DNA of 64,000 nucleotides from Stylophora pistillata (Eukaryota): NCBI RefSeq assembly GCF_002571385.2, contig NW_019217836.1, positions 315,760 to 379,759 of the forward strand, read 5' to 3'. Shown piece by piece: positions 34,255 to 46,700 of this stretch (position 1 is its first letter; each line of letters starts with the position of its first letter). The notes under the pieces were generated by a model. It saw only the letters and a program-made list of their open reading frames with translations, ran no database searches and was not told where the DNA came from. The position numbers and the translations under genes were made by a program.

Positions 34255-37200
34255 TTATTGTAAATTTTTATCCACATTAAATGTACCTTCATTATTTATA
34301 TCATGGGCATCAGTTAGCTCTGGATGCTTGTCATGACCTACTGGATAAATAGTTGTTACTGACAGGTACTCATCAATGGTTCTTTCTGTACACCTGGCCA
34401 CAAATCTTATAAAGGGTCTCACATCACCATGATTTGCCATATCTAAGTATTCATAATATTTGTATCGGTCTTGAAATCTAATGATAACTGGAGGGAATCC
34501 TGCTCGCATTAAAATGGAATTCATTAGCAGCCTGCTAGTTCTTCCATTGCCATCTGTGAATGGATGAATGTAGACAAGTTTGTAATGTGCAAGAGCTGCA
34601 AATTCTATGGGATGAAGCATTTCAGGATCCCTGGACAACAGCCACTCATTGAATTCATTCACATGTCTTTCGATCTCCATTGGGCTGGGGGGAACATGAT
34701 TCCCCACAAATACCTGTGTAGTTCTAAATCTGCCAGCTTCCAAAGGATGAGCATGTCCCAGCACCCGGCGGTGTATTTCAAGAATCTCTTCAATAGTAAT
34801 TTTTTCCTGTTTTTGAAGTAAGGACCCATTGACAAATTTCATTGCCTCGTCAAGTCCTAAGACTTCATTGTGCTCTAAAATACTCTTTCCAGGCACTGCC
34901 ATTCTTGTTTCTACTATTGCTCTTGTCATTGATAATGTCATTGTGTTACCTTCAATGGCATTTGAATGATATATATGTTGGTAATAAGCCTCAGTAACAG
35001 CTCTTTTCATAGCTAGGCTTCCCTTTGGAACACGGAAGAGTTCATCTCTTTTCTCTTCAATCTTATTAAGCATTTCCTGATCAAGCTGTCGTACCTTAGG
35101 TAACGTCCTTCCGCTGTTTACCATTGCCCGAGAGTTTTCAGGACTAACAGCTAGAGCTCTTGTATACAGATGCTCTGCATGAATTATATCGTCGTCTTCA
35201 AGAAATTCTCCTTAATGTAAAAGAATTTCAGGGTGATGAGGTGATAATGCCTCAGCTTGTTTGAAAAGTTTCAAAGCTTTGTCTCTTTTTCCTTCACCAT
35301 TCATTTCTAATGCAAGTTTAAGAGCTTGAAGAGCCTCCCCTTGCAAAGGAGCTGTAGAAGAAAAAAAAGGTTACAAAAGTGAAACTCAGCAGTAACATAC
35401 AACAAGCATTGACACCATCCCAGTGTGGAACCAGAAATTCATGATTGGTGGAGGGTGCAAACCTTGATTAAAAAACACAGAAATGTATTTTGACTCCAGG
35501 CCCTAAGATAATCAATATTTGTATTTTAAGACAAATAAATTTAACGTTTTTTTCACCTTGGGTAGTATCACAGGCACCTCTCATTGTAAGGAATTTGGTG
35601 TCTGACAAGATATTTAAAAATCCCTCAGGTTTGATAGGGTGAGGAGGTGCAGATCCCCTGACCCAATCCCTAGCTCCAGCATTCCCCCACCCACCACCCC
35701 CACCTTCGACAGCCAGTTACCTAAGAAATAATTTTGAATATGATTTTGTATAATCCTGTTTCAATAAAAAGTTTTGATTTGTATTTTTTTTTAATGTTTG
35801 AATGTGGTTGTCAGTTGCAGGCATGATCAACAAGTTACTTCTCCTTACAAAATCCATATATCATCATTAAAATAGGAGATGAGAACTGACTTACTTATCA
35901 GCTAGAGAGTCCTGACACGAGAGCTTGATGTGACATCAAATTCTCAAAACTAATCAACAAGAATTTTTACCACAACTGGCAGTAATGTCGCAATCTGATT
36001 GGCCAATTTGCCGTTGTAAGAGTACAGACAACCCTACTTGCATCAACATGTCACATAATGCTAGTATCAGTTTTGAAACAAGAATGTCTTAATACTTTGA
36101 TAAATAAAAAAAAAACAAAACAAAACCACAGTGGTTTAGCATGGTCTGTAACATACTCTTCTTGAAAACAATATTTGTCATAACAGTGATCAGACTTTGT
36201 TGCAGACCCACTTGGCTGCCGCTGTAAGTCCACAACATTTTGATCACAAGGGTAAAGACCCCTTCAAATCATTGTTGATTTGTTAAATATAAACCTGACA
36301 AAAAAGGGGATTAATAAATCAGATTCTTGGACATTGAGAGGGTTAACTGACATGAGTTCTTTAGTCAAATATAAATTCCCGTCTTTCTCAAATAACAATC
36401 TAGTCTTGGCACCACAATCATAAATAAGTATTTAAGCCTATAAGTCATGAAATACTGAAGTATTTAGGACAGGCTTGTCAGAGGTACAACCAGAACTAAT
36501 CTAGATTGACCATATAACTACCATGAGTGAACAAGAGAGAGTTTCTCATTCCAATATCAATACAATTTCAGGCAAACAAGTGAGGAGAAAATAGAATATC
36601 AGGAGATAATTGGTTGATCAAATACCAAATTCACTGAACTAACATCATAAGAATTCTATAGAAGACTGTAAGGAGAATTGTTAAAGAGATCTTGGGAGTG
36701 AAAGGATGAACTGTCATGGCAATGTATAGTGTTTCAGCCTGTAGTTAACCTCAGGTTTGGTTGAATCAGGTTCCAAGCAAGGCAGTCAAGTACCCAGATA
36801 TAAAGTACAGTAATTCGAAATCACACTCCATACCTATGACATCATAGGTAACACTGGACAACTAAAGCCACTTGTAAGTGACCATAGTGAGACAATCTTC
36901 TGTTGATCATATGCTTTCCTTGTAGTAAAACATCCTATATTTCACGAACTATCTAGTATAACCTCTCCCAATAATCTTGATATCGTTATTGAACCCATTC
37001 GTAGAGTAAAAGAAGAGGATCTAAGACCATCAAATTCATCACGCTTCGAAGAAAGCTTGCAGTGATTTTTTTTTATTTTTTCAAAGCATAGATATGGCAG
37101 GGAAAAAATGAACAACCACGTAAAATGTGTTGAGCCGTTGTAAACCGCAGTCTACATCTATGTGCTCAAAAGTAGACATTCTTCCTCCTTTTAAGTAGAT

Positions 37201-37663
37201 CAAATTAGTCAAGGGTAAATCTCGAGCCAAGATAAAAGATCAACAATTTCAAACAGGAAGTTGATCTCCGATTCGAGAAATCAGATGTAAAGTTCGGATC
37301 ACACTCATCTGTCATCCGTATAATTTCTTGCCGGATCGCCTACATTTACATCTTCCTACGGAATACAAACAATGAATTAAATACAATAAAACATCATAAA
37401 TATCACTCACTTTTCTCCACTAAAGCGGTTTGCGGTGCTAAGACAAGATTGAACCCAGGTGCGTATGATTCCAGCGATGGTCGCCAAAACCACGGCCTCC
37501 ATATTGAAGGAATGTAAGTCGCGATCAATGCCACAGCAACTCCAGTAAGGCTTGCAAGAATCAAATGAAATACAGGGGGCATATTTCTCAATTTCGAGGT
37601 TGTAATCAATGATAATCGAAGTCTATTGCAGAATTCACAAAGTTGCGTCACTCCGTCCGCCAT
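34255..37663 (-). CDS. FICD: FICD/HYPE protein adenylyltransferase (TM-TPR-Fic), 2 exons, 449 codons, with an in-frame TAA at 35212-35214 (null allele, pseudogene or base-call error)
   Basis: Exon 1 is 37411-37663, with the TM segment VFHLILASLTGVAVALIATYI. Exon 2 is 34255-35351; the phases match. TPR region, inhibitory HSNAIEGN motif, and Fic motif HPFTDGNGRTSR. Confidence 0.92.
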
Positions 37664-37705
37664 ATTTGTTTTTACTTTCCGAAGGATTACATGTCGGTTA
37701 TTGTA

Positions 37706-37724
37706 CGTGCTCGCATTTGATTGG
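37706..37724 (-). promoter_or_regulatory. ERSE-like element CCAAT-N9-GCACG upstream of FICD
   Basis: The minus strand reads CCAAT CAAATGCGA GCACG, one mismatch from the ERSE consensus CCAAT-N9-CCACG, 43-61 nt upstream of the ATG. Confidence 0.5.
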
Positions 37725-37930
37725 TCGAGAGAGAAGGCAACAAGCACAGTTAGGGGGCGCGCGAAAAAGAGAGGTGTTTGAGCAACAGGAAGAAATTCAA
37801 ATAATAATAATAATTTCTAAAAAATTCAAATAAGCTGCAAAGTTGACGTTAAATTATGAACATCCTAAGTGTTTGCTTTGCACGCAGTTCCTGTCGATCG
37901 TCCAACTTTGCGTAAACCCAAAGAGAACTG

Positions 37931-38022
37931 ACGAGATCTGTATCCAGGGCCCTTGTTCTGAATGATGGGTTACGTAACGAGATCTGTATCCAGAGCCCTT
38001 GCTCTGTATGATGGGTTACGTA
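37931..38022. repeat. 46-bp tandem duplication
   Basis: ACGAGATCTGTATCCAG.GCCCTTG.TCTG.ATGATGGGTTACGTA occurs twice. Confidence 0.9.
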
Positions 38023-38739
38023 ACCCTTTCTCTGGGGTGTTGCATGGTATGTTGTTACAATTGCTTCATTAGCGGTAGGCTATATATTCGAGCTGTTGTC
38101 ATTTATATCAATTTGCGTCTTACGACCGTCCCTACGTCCTCAAAATTAAATACCCAGTGACTAGGGATTGTCAGTTTCTCTTAGAAGTAGTTTTTTTTCT
38201 TTTTTTTTTTTAGTATATACGCACATAGTTTAGATTGTTTTGTAAAGTGGTTTTTCTTGCTTTATTTTTTACATTTCCGACCTTTCATTCCATTGATGTA
38301 CCATTCCTATCAATTTTGTTGATGAAGGTATAATGAAGAGGGTCGCATACGGCTCGGCTCCTATTGACACACCCCAATCATGGTTACTAATAAATGTGTT
38401 ATCCTCGTTTGAGAGGGGAAGCGAATTAGAATATAATTGAACTGGGCAACCAATAGTTTCGGTACGAAAATACAATTTTTTCGCATGAACCGACACAAAA
38501 CAAAGAAAAAAAGAAGCCTTAATCGCCGGTTATTTTAGCGCGCAAACTGTTCAGTGAACACAAATCATTTAATTCATTTTTTGTTTTCTTTCTCTTCTTA
38601 GGTCCTCTGCCTGCCGTGAGGATCATTTCCCTGAGGCACATTCTGCGAAATCAAAGAGTGAGGGGGAGACAGTGGGTAGAAGAGGGCGGGAGGGGGATTT
38701 GTATTTGGAATTTGTCACAACTGTTAAGTTGTGACAACT

Positions 38740-39110
38740 TAACAGCTCAATGTATAAGCGCTGGACTAATGTGCGGGAGGTCGAGGGTTAGAGCCCCGGC
38801 CGGACCAACACTCAAGGTCGTAAAATAATTGAGAAGAATTTGCTCCCTTTCTATAACATCAAGAAATGGTTAGATATTCTAGTCTTCTCGGATAGGGACG
38901 AATAAATGGATGTCCCGTCTCCTGCAGGGTTGGGGTAGGAGACGTTAATTTCCCACACACGAGATTACTGTGTGATGGATGTCCTCCCCTGGGGTGGGAT
39001 GGGTGGGTTGTTGTCTTGCGTTTCATACATGAGCCTGTGGCTCAGGCAATATGGGTAACCATGCCCCACGTAAAGACATTAAACTTTGATTACTGTTACT
39101 ATTACTATTA
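38740..39110 (+). mobile_element. tRNA-derived SINE
   Basis: Head AGCTCAATGTATAAGCGCTGGAC...GGTCGAGGGTTAGAGCCCCGGCCGGACC. The body matches the reverse complement of 24100-24283. Short (TTAC/TA)n tail. Confidence 0.7.
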
Positions 39111-40238
39111 AGACCATAGATTTAAAGTTAAGTCAACATTTGCAGAGTCAGTTTTTCTACACCCCCATCCCAGGAAGATAGACTTGTTAAAAGTTGAAAA
39201 TTGTCAATAAAGGTAACAAAAGTTCTCATATCAATGTCGGTATCTACCTGCCCCTTCCCTAAATAAAAATAGTCAACTAATAACAAGTTAAGTGAATAAG
39301 GGGGGTAAGTTTCTGAAGAAACAGGTCAAAGTTTATTTTTTGCTAGGGGGGGTGGGTGGATACTAACTTTGATCCAACTTTTCAACACTATCAAAAAAAA
39401 CCACACCGGTTTGTGTTTTTGTTTTACTTTCATAATCATTTTTGTGACTCACTAAGCAGATAGAAGTACCTACTGTCTCTATATTTTATCCATTATCTAG
39501 GTAACAGTTTCATCATAAATACATGCTTAATATAGTGAAAATCTTATCTTATCATCTCCTACCATCTTACTATCAAACAATCTAGGATACTTTTTATGTC
39601 TAACATCCAGCTAAAGTTCTAAATATTTCTTACAGCAACCACTGAAGAATAATTTGTAAAACCTCATGAAAATATCAAGTATTGAACAAGGTAAACTGAC
39701 TATGGAATCTTTTAAACTGAGATATCTACAAGGATTCTGACCAGGACAATACACTGGAAAGTTTTGGTGGTGACATGATGACTAGTCAAGATGGACCACA
39801 AAAGCTGAAAAGAATTCTCTGGAAAACTTCTCTTCTAAGTAGAGGAACATTCCCTACCCCACCCCCAACAAATGTGTTAAGCTGGGTGTTGTCATGGTAA
39901 TCTCTAACCATATTTCAGACTCCTACAAAAGGAAATACATATTGTGTTTTCAAAAACCAAATATGCAAAAAAAAAACATTCAAAGGTTTTCTTCTCTTAG
40001 TAAAAGGAAAATTTGAGTTTTAAGTCCCAAAGCAAAATGGCTTTAATTCTGTTAACAATTATTAAAACTATATCTTAATCAAAATAAAAAAATTAATATA
40101 ATCATCATTGATATTTTTCTTTAAAAGATGCTCATCTGTGTTAAAAGAGAAACCTATAGCTAACCATTCTGAAATCATCTTTTAAACATGTTAAAAATCT
40201 GACTAGGAGAGCTGCCATTTTGATCTCTATATTTAGTT

Positions 40239-40557
40239 CTTATTAACCAAGTGGGAGGTCTGTATGGGAGAATCTTGAACAAGGTCGCCAGTACAGACCA
40301 AACGCAGTGAGGTCTGTATCAGCGACCGAGGTCAATATTCTCCCATACAGACTGATCTAGCTCAGTTAATAAGACGTTTATTATATGGCTGTGTCTTATA
40401 TGCCAATTTTTCATATTCTTTGCACCTTTTTTTTTCTAGTCCGGTCTAGATGCCAGTCTAGATGGGAACATCTAGACCGCTTTCAATATTGACTCCAGCC
40501 AATCAAATTCGTGAATTCAGTAGTTCCCAGTCCTTGTGAGACACAGCCATATAATAA
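40239..40557. mobile_element. Two adjacent foldback (hairpin) non-autonomous elements
   Basis: 40239-40373 has arms GTCTGTATGGGAGAAT / ATTCTCCCATACAGAC. ~40378-40557 has arms TTATTATATGGCTGTGTCT / AGACACAGCCATATAATAA. Confidence 0.65.
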
Positions 40558-43500
40558 TAAAGCATATTGAAGTTGCTAGGAGGATTAACAAACTGATTGT
40601 TCCTGAGAGTTGAAGGATTAATGCATTTTCAACATTAACTTGTGAACAATCAGTGATCACTTCCAACAATTCCACTTTTCAATAAAATCTGGCTTTAGAA
40701 ACTGCAAAACTCAATTAAAAATGACTTTTTGACTTACTATTTCCACCCAAAATGAAAAATATGAAACCTTTTTGTGAAAAACTGAGATGAGTGCCCATTT
40801 CTTTTTTTTTTAGATAAGGTAGACCACCAGTATTTTTTCAATTTCACTCACACATTGCTCATGTCAGTTTTCTCAAGTACTGGTAATTATTCCATTTAAA
40901 TTACCACAAAAGAAGAAAAAAAAGAGAAAAAAGAAGAAATTTCCAAAGCCGTCACTTCAGTGGTTCATCGATGTCACTCTAAGAGAAAGATGTCAACTAT
41001 TTTTTTTTTCATTGATTGCAAACTGCTAAAGAACAAAGGATTGTTATTCTTTCAAAAGGCCCACTGTTATAGACAATGTCCTCCAAAGTACTACATGTAA
41101 ATGCCATAACAGTAGTTGTGTCTCTTGTGGTAGAGTCTGTGTTTCTTGATTCACTTCATAAAGAATTGATGTTCAGCAACTTCTCATCTACTGAAGCTAT
41201 GAACAGATCTTGGTCTGAAATAAATTGATAAAATATTATTCTGGGAAAATTTCTGCTCAAGTACAAAAGGCATTTGTTACACGACTTTGACCTCCAAAGA
41301 ATGGTCATAGTACATAAATGTACAAAATAGTTCCTAATCATTTGCTGGTAAAGAAAAAGGGAAGGGTGTTTTAATATAAGAGGAAGTAGACTGAGGTTGT
41401 CTCTCCTTTAACCTCCTTCAAGAAATATTTTGAGACTCCTTTCATGACATGATCTTCACATGCATGTGATTATGACAACACAACAGAACTGCTGGAATAG
41501 CATGATTGTTCGACAGTTTGCAGATATACGACTTGAGATACAGAGTACTATCATGTGCATTAATTGTTACCAAAATATCCTCTTTGAGACATGTGACCAG
41601 ACTACAATAAAATTATAACAACAAAAAATAACATAGATGCTCAACTTAAAAACCAGTTTTTGGAGCATGAAGAAACCAGTGGAATTTCTAATATTTCTGA
41701 AGGGGATGCAGGAGCATTGCAGGTTAAAAACTCCCTCACCTGACCCCTCAGAATATTTCAAAAAGTTTTCCAGACAGTTTTCCAGTAAAATGAAACTAAA
41801 GCAACTTGCTGAGACCACAACCCAAGGATCCGGCCAGGACCAATCCCTACAACAAATCCAAGCATTTTCCCCAAAAAAGAACAAAATTTCTTGAGTAACA
41901 AAAGTGCAGGAAACAACTACAAATTATTATCACTTTGTTGCACATTCTGCCAGATAAAATGGAGATTTTGTGGTCTAAAATATATTGTAGCCTGCCTGCA
42001 CATTTGGAGTTTTTATTTTCCCAATGCCCTCCAAAGTCATAAGAATAGTAATACAGTTTATGTTCTTGGGGATAAATATGTTCTTGTCCCTGTCACAGTC
42101 ATTTCACCATGACCTTGAGTGAGCCCCAAATCATTTTAATAACTCTTTTATTTTATTACTCAGATATCTCGCTTATTTCAAGAACATGGCCACCTTTTTA
42201 AAGATTTTAAATACTCAATTTTCTTTGTTCTTCCAAAAAGCACAAGTCTATCAATTTAGTTTTTTTAAGAATTTATTAATAGACTGTAGCAATAACAACT
42301 TGACAATGTGTTCTTTCTACAAACTCAATAGTCCATTAACTCATTAATTTATCATTTACTTATAAATGATGAAATGAACATTCATCACAGCAAACCAGGC
42401 CACACCACATTTGCACCTTGTCAATAATTGGATTTAAATAAAGTTCAGTGTGCTCTCCTTTTCAAATAAATAGCAATTTAAGATAGGCTCTGGTATCACA
42501 CAAAACTCTTACAGTTATTTTGGCACAGTACTTGCAGAGATGAAATTTCAAAACATGATTTATCTATAGGAAAAATTTGCAGTACTCTGACACACAATTC
42601 CTTTGTTAGTATGACCACCTCGTTACTACAACTAATTTCTGTGCTCTACCAAATGCAATAATCAGTCTCTTGCACCAAATATTTGGTGCACTCTAATCAA
42701 TCCAAAACCGTTAATCTATAACTACTAGTAAAGCTATACCATTTCTTTAGCATGCTGAATCCATACTTGCCTACCACTGCACTATCTCTGAAATCAGTCA
42801 TCTGACAAGCATATAAATTCATCAGAGTCAGAATTATGGCCAACTTAAGATAACTGAATAATGTTTTATATGCCTTTGTATGCCAAAACTTACTGAATAA
42901 AATCATGCGTAGTGAATAAACGCAATAGAGGTAACCTCATACACACTTTTTAAGATGCAATTATTATCACTATGCAATGTGTTTGAGCAGATATCCCACA
43001 AGTTCCTAATGATATATACAAAAAATTTCATATTGATACCTTGAATAATATCAGATCTGAAAATATCAGATTTAAAGCAGTATGTGAAAACAATTCATTG
43101 AGAAAACATTGGGAAAAGCTTAATTTGCAAAATAATGATATTACACACAGCCACTGTTTAGACAATTACAAAGTTGAAATATTGCATTGCTGGCACAATG
43201 GACATGTACACTGTCAGTGACTAGTTTAAAGAATGACATGTTCATTATACTTTTAACAATATCAGGCACCTCAACACCTTGTGATTGTATGGAGACATAA
43301 TTTAGTTGAATGTGCATCTTTTAAAATTACAAGCTAGAACAAGAGTTCCTAGGTACTTACAAGAAAACTTACATATCATGAACAGATAGATGAGATAACA
43401 TAATTTTATTGCGTGTGCATCACATATTTGGTGCAGTGATTTGAACTGAACCTCAAATTTGCCAAGTGCTCTGGGCTAATTATGTACCCACTTCTAGTCT

Positions 43501-43725
43501 TGTCCTAAACTAAAATAAGTGTGTTGTCAAAAATTGTTTCAACAGTGATTTAACAAAAGATTTATACATTACAACATCTTAATGAAAATGGAATAAAGGT
43601 CCTAAAATTAGTCTTGTGAACTTTACAAGTTAAATTTTTAAACATAACTTTTTGACAAATTAGTGTTTAATTCTGTTAAGCAGCACAAATTACTCATGAA
43701 ATAAAATTAGTTATGCAATGCAAGT

Positions 43726-46700
43726 TTAATTTCCCATCTCCCGCAGCTGCATTCCACGATCAGTATGGGTATACTCCCTGTGAATGAAAAATAAGGTCTT
43801 TTTAAACAAATGTTGGAGAATGCTAACACTACAAACTAAATACCAAGGCAGCATTTCCCTGCATAATGATCAGGTTGAGTTTTGGTTCTAATCTTCTAAC
43901 GAATCGCCCCTTTTTTCTTTACATTCAGACCTTTTGCAACAAACCTTAACAAATTGGTCAATCAGTTTCCATATTTTATAGTGATTTTGATTACTTTAAA
44001 CACCTGATAAGAGTTGACCCCAAAACAACCCCAAAACGACCCAGGTATGGAATTTAGAATTTTATCATTCCTCAAATGCTAGCTCATGCTTAATATGATA
44101 GTTTCCCAAAATTACTTGCTTTCAAAAGTCAAAAGTCAATTTGCAAAGAAAAGAAACTACTTGAGGCATTTTTTTTTGTCCTAAAAACTACACGTCAGTT
44201 TCATAAACCAAAATTTTTCTTCCAATAGTTTTATAACAAGGACACTTTTTTTGCTGATCTTCTTGTGCTTAACAGCTGTTACAGGCAGACTTTGTTTAAA
44301 TATTTAACTGTAATGCTCATCCTTGGTTTTCCAAGACATAGCTTTTTCGTCTCTTCTGTAAGAATGTTTACTTGACAGAGTTCAGCATCATTTATTTAAT
44401 AACTGATACAGATACCTGGGGTTGGGGTTAGGGTTAGGGTTAAGGACTGAACAGAATGCAGCTGCTTAAGTTTACTTCTTGATGTCATTAACAGCAAAAA
44501 CTTAAACTTTAAGTATCTTGTGTTAATCAAAAGTTTAAGCTTTGTTTGATACCAAACAGGTGATTAAAGAAATTTCGTTTCTTAAGCTTTTAAGGAACTC
44601 TTTTAAATGAATTAAGAATCATCAACGGTTTTAATTGGAATGATGCACCACTTCTTAGAGAGAATGTTCTTGACTTACTATGAAAACCAGCAATCTGTGG
44701 AATGGCCTAAATTTATGCATCACTGCCCCACTCTCTTTCATTTAACATATATATTTCATTCCATTCCCATTCTATGTGCATGAGCTACCCTTGCTTCACA
44801 TTTTCACATCCTTCTACAAACAAGTCCATTCAAATTGTTTTACTGTTTCATTTGGCAATCACAGTAAAAACTTCACACAAAGAAGCCTGCGGTGACTTCA
44901 ACCCCTTTTCCTATGATGCCCTGTATTATCATCCTTCATAAGTCTTCTCCAACAGCTTTTCTGCAACTATTTAACCTCCCAGACACTCTTTGCTCTGCCA
45001 TGATTTCAGGAATTTGAACTATTTACACGAGAATTTGGTTTTTGGATCAACTAATAATCACCTAATTGATATTTTTCTTTATTCCCATCACTTATCTGCT
45101 TAATATTGTGTTGATATTGTAAAGAGAAATTCCCTCTTGGTCACTCATAGGAGTTAAAGGGTTAAGCAAATCACATACTGCTTCAATACCTTCCTCCCAC
45201 AAACATAAATGCAGGCACAATGGTTGCACCAAAGTGAACCAAAAGTAGATAACAACAGAACATGATTTATGCTTGTGAATGTTTCAGAGAAAAATTTTCA
45301 ATCTTAACACACTGAAAAGGAAGAATAGACTTACCTTTTTCCAAACTTGAGATGAATAATCAAAAAGGATGCTCCCAAAACTAAGCAAAGAATTCCTACA
45401 GTGATGTAGGCAATTCCAAGGAAAGGATTCTTTCCACCTATCCAAGATGTGGTACTTAAAATCACTCTCTTTTTACCATCAAATGAAGTCACAGGAAAAT
45501 CTGTGCACATTGGTTACAAGTCAAAGAAGTTACTTGAGAGGAAATTGTATCATCAAAGGTAAGCCAAGTGTTAAAAATAAAAGTGTAAAGTCTTCTAATA
45601 CAGAATGGAACTGTTATTACTGGTTAACAATGGACCATTATCCACCAACAAAATAATAATAAAAATAATCATAATAATCATAAAAATTGACAATCTTTAG
45701 ACAGGGTAACCACTTCAGTTATTGAACTGCAATCAATATTGGTCAGGTTAAATCAGTAAATGAAATGATAAATACATAAAATTGTGAACATATAAAATAG
45801 CATATACAGTGCATAGAAGAAAGAAAACAGCTTCAAGGATTACAAAATGCCAAAGATAACAAAAAAAACTTAATGCTTCATGTGCCCTCTGACTAAGGAC
45901 CAGGAGAAAGATACACATATAGATTATTTAAGAGCAAGCAACTACATACTTAGGACCCATTTTTGAATGGCCAGTGGAACATATTCTGGAGAAAAAAAAC
46001 TCGTACGGAAATAAGGTACAAGATCAAAAATAAGTTCTATACATAAGAGTTCAAAGAGCAACAATTTCCATGTAGTAAGTTGTGTCAACTAAACATTTTC
46101 ACACCGCACCACTTTCAAAAATAGTTAACCTTTGAAATAATTCCCATAGTCTTCTGCCAACAATATGTCACTCAGTGACTCAAATGTTGTGGTCTTGAGT
46201 TTTTTAGGTGCCACACCTTTTCGATGACTGTCACCTCTCTCAACATATCATAGAATACTTAAGTTACACAAATTGACATATCAAAATAACTGTAACTGAT
46301 ACCACTCATTACTCTGTGAATTACTTGGTTGACACCACACCATATGTCTTTACTGGGAGAACATTCAGCACCAGTGCAGTTCTAAAGCAACTACAATAAA
46401 GGATACTGTACACGATATCAAGCTGGTATTCGCCTTTTGGCAGACCATTCTTAAACTCCCCAGCATGGACAATTTTGCGGTAGAGCTTGCGGAAAGTTGA
46501 AAATGCTGCTGTCCTCATCCAGACGATGAAATCCTCATTCTTGAAGCCATTGTTTTCAGTGTTGTTTGTGTCTAATTCATACACAGGTCTTGGCCAGTTG
46601 GGTGGTTTGGCATAGCCTTTGAAAGCTTCCTTCAGGTTCCCAGATGGATTTTGGAATTTCACATCTCTGTCAGATTTCCAAGCTATATCTTTATTGGACA

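Noticed and set aside
44418-44443. Interstitial telomeric repeat (TTAGGG-like, ~4 units)
   Set aside because: Too short and degenerate to indicate a fusion or healing site; such runs are common in short repeats.
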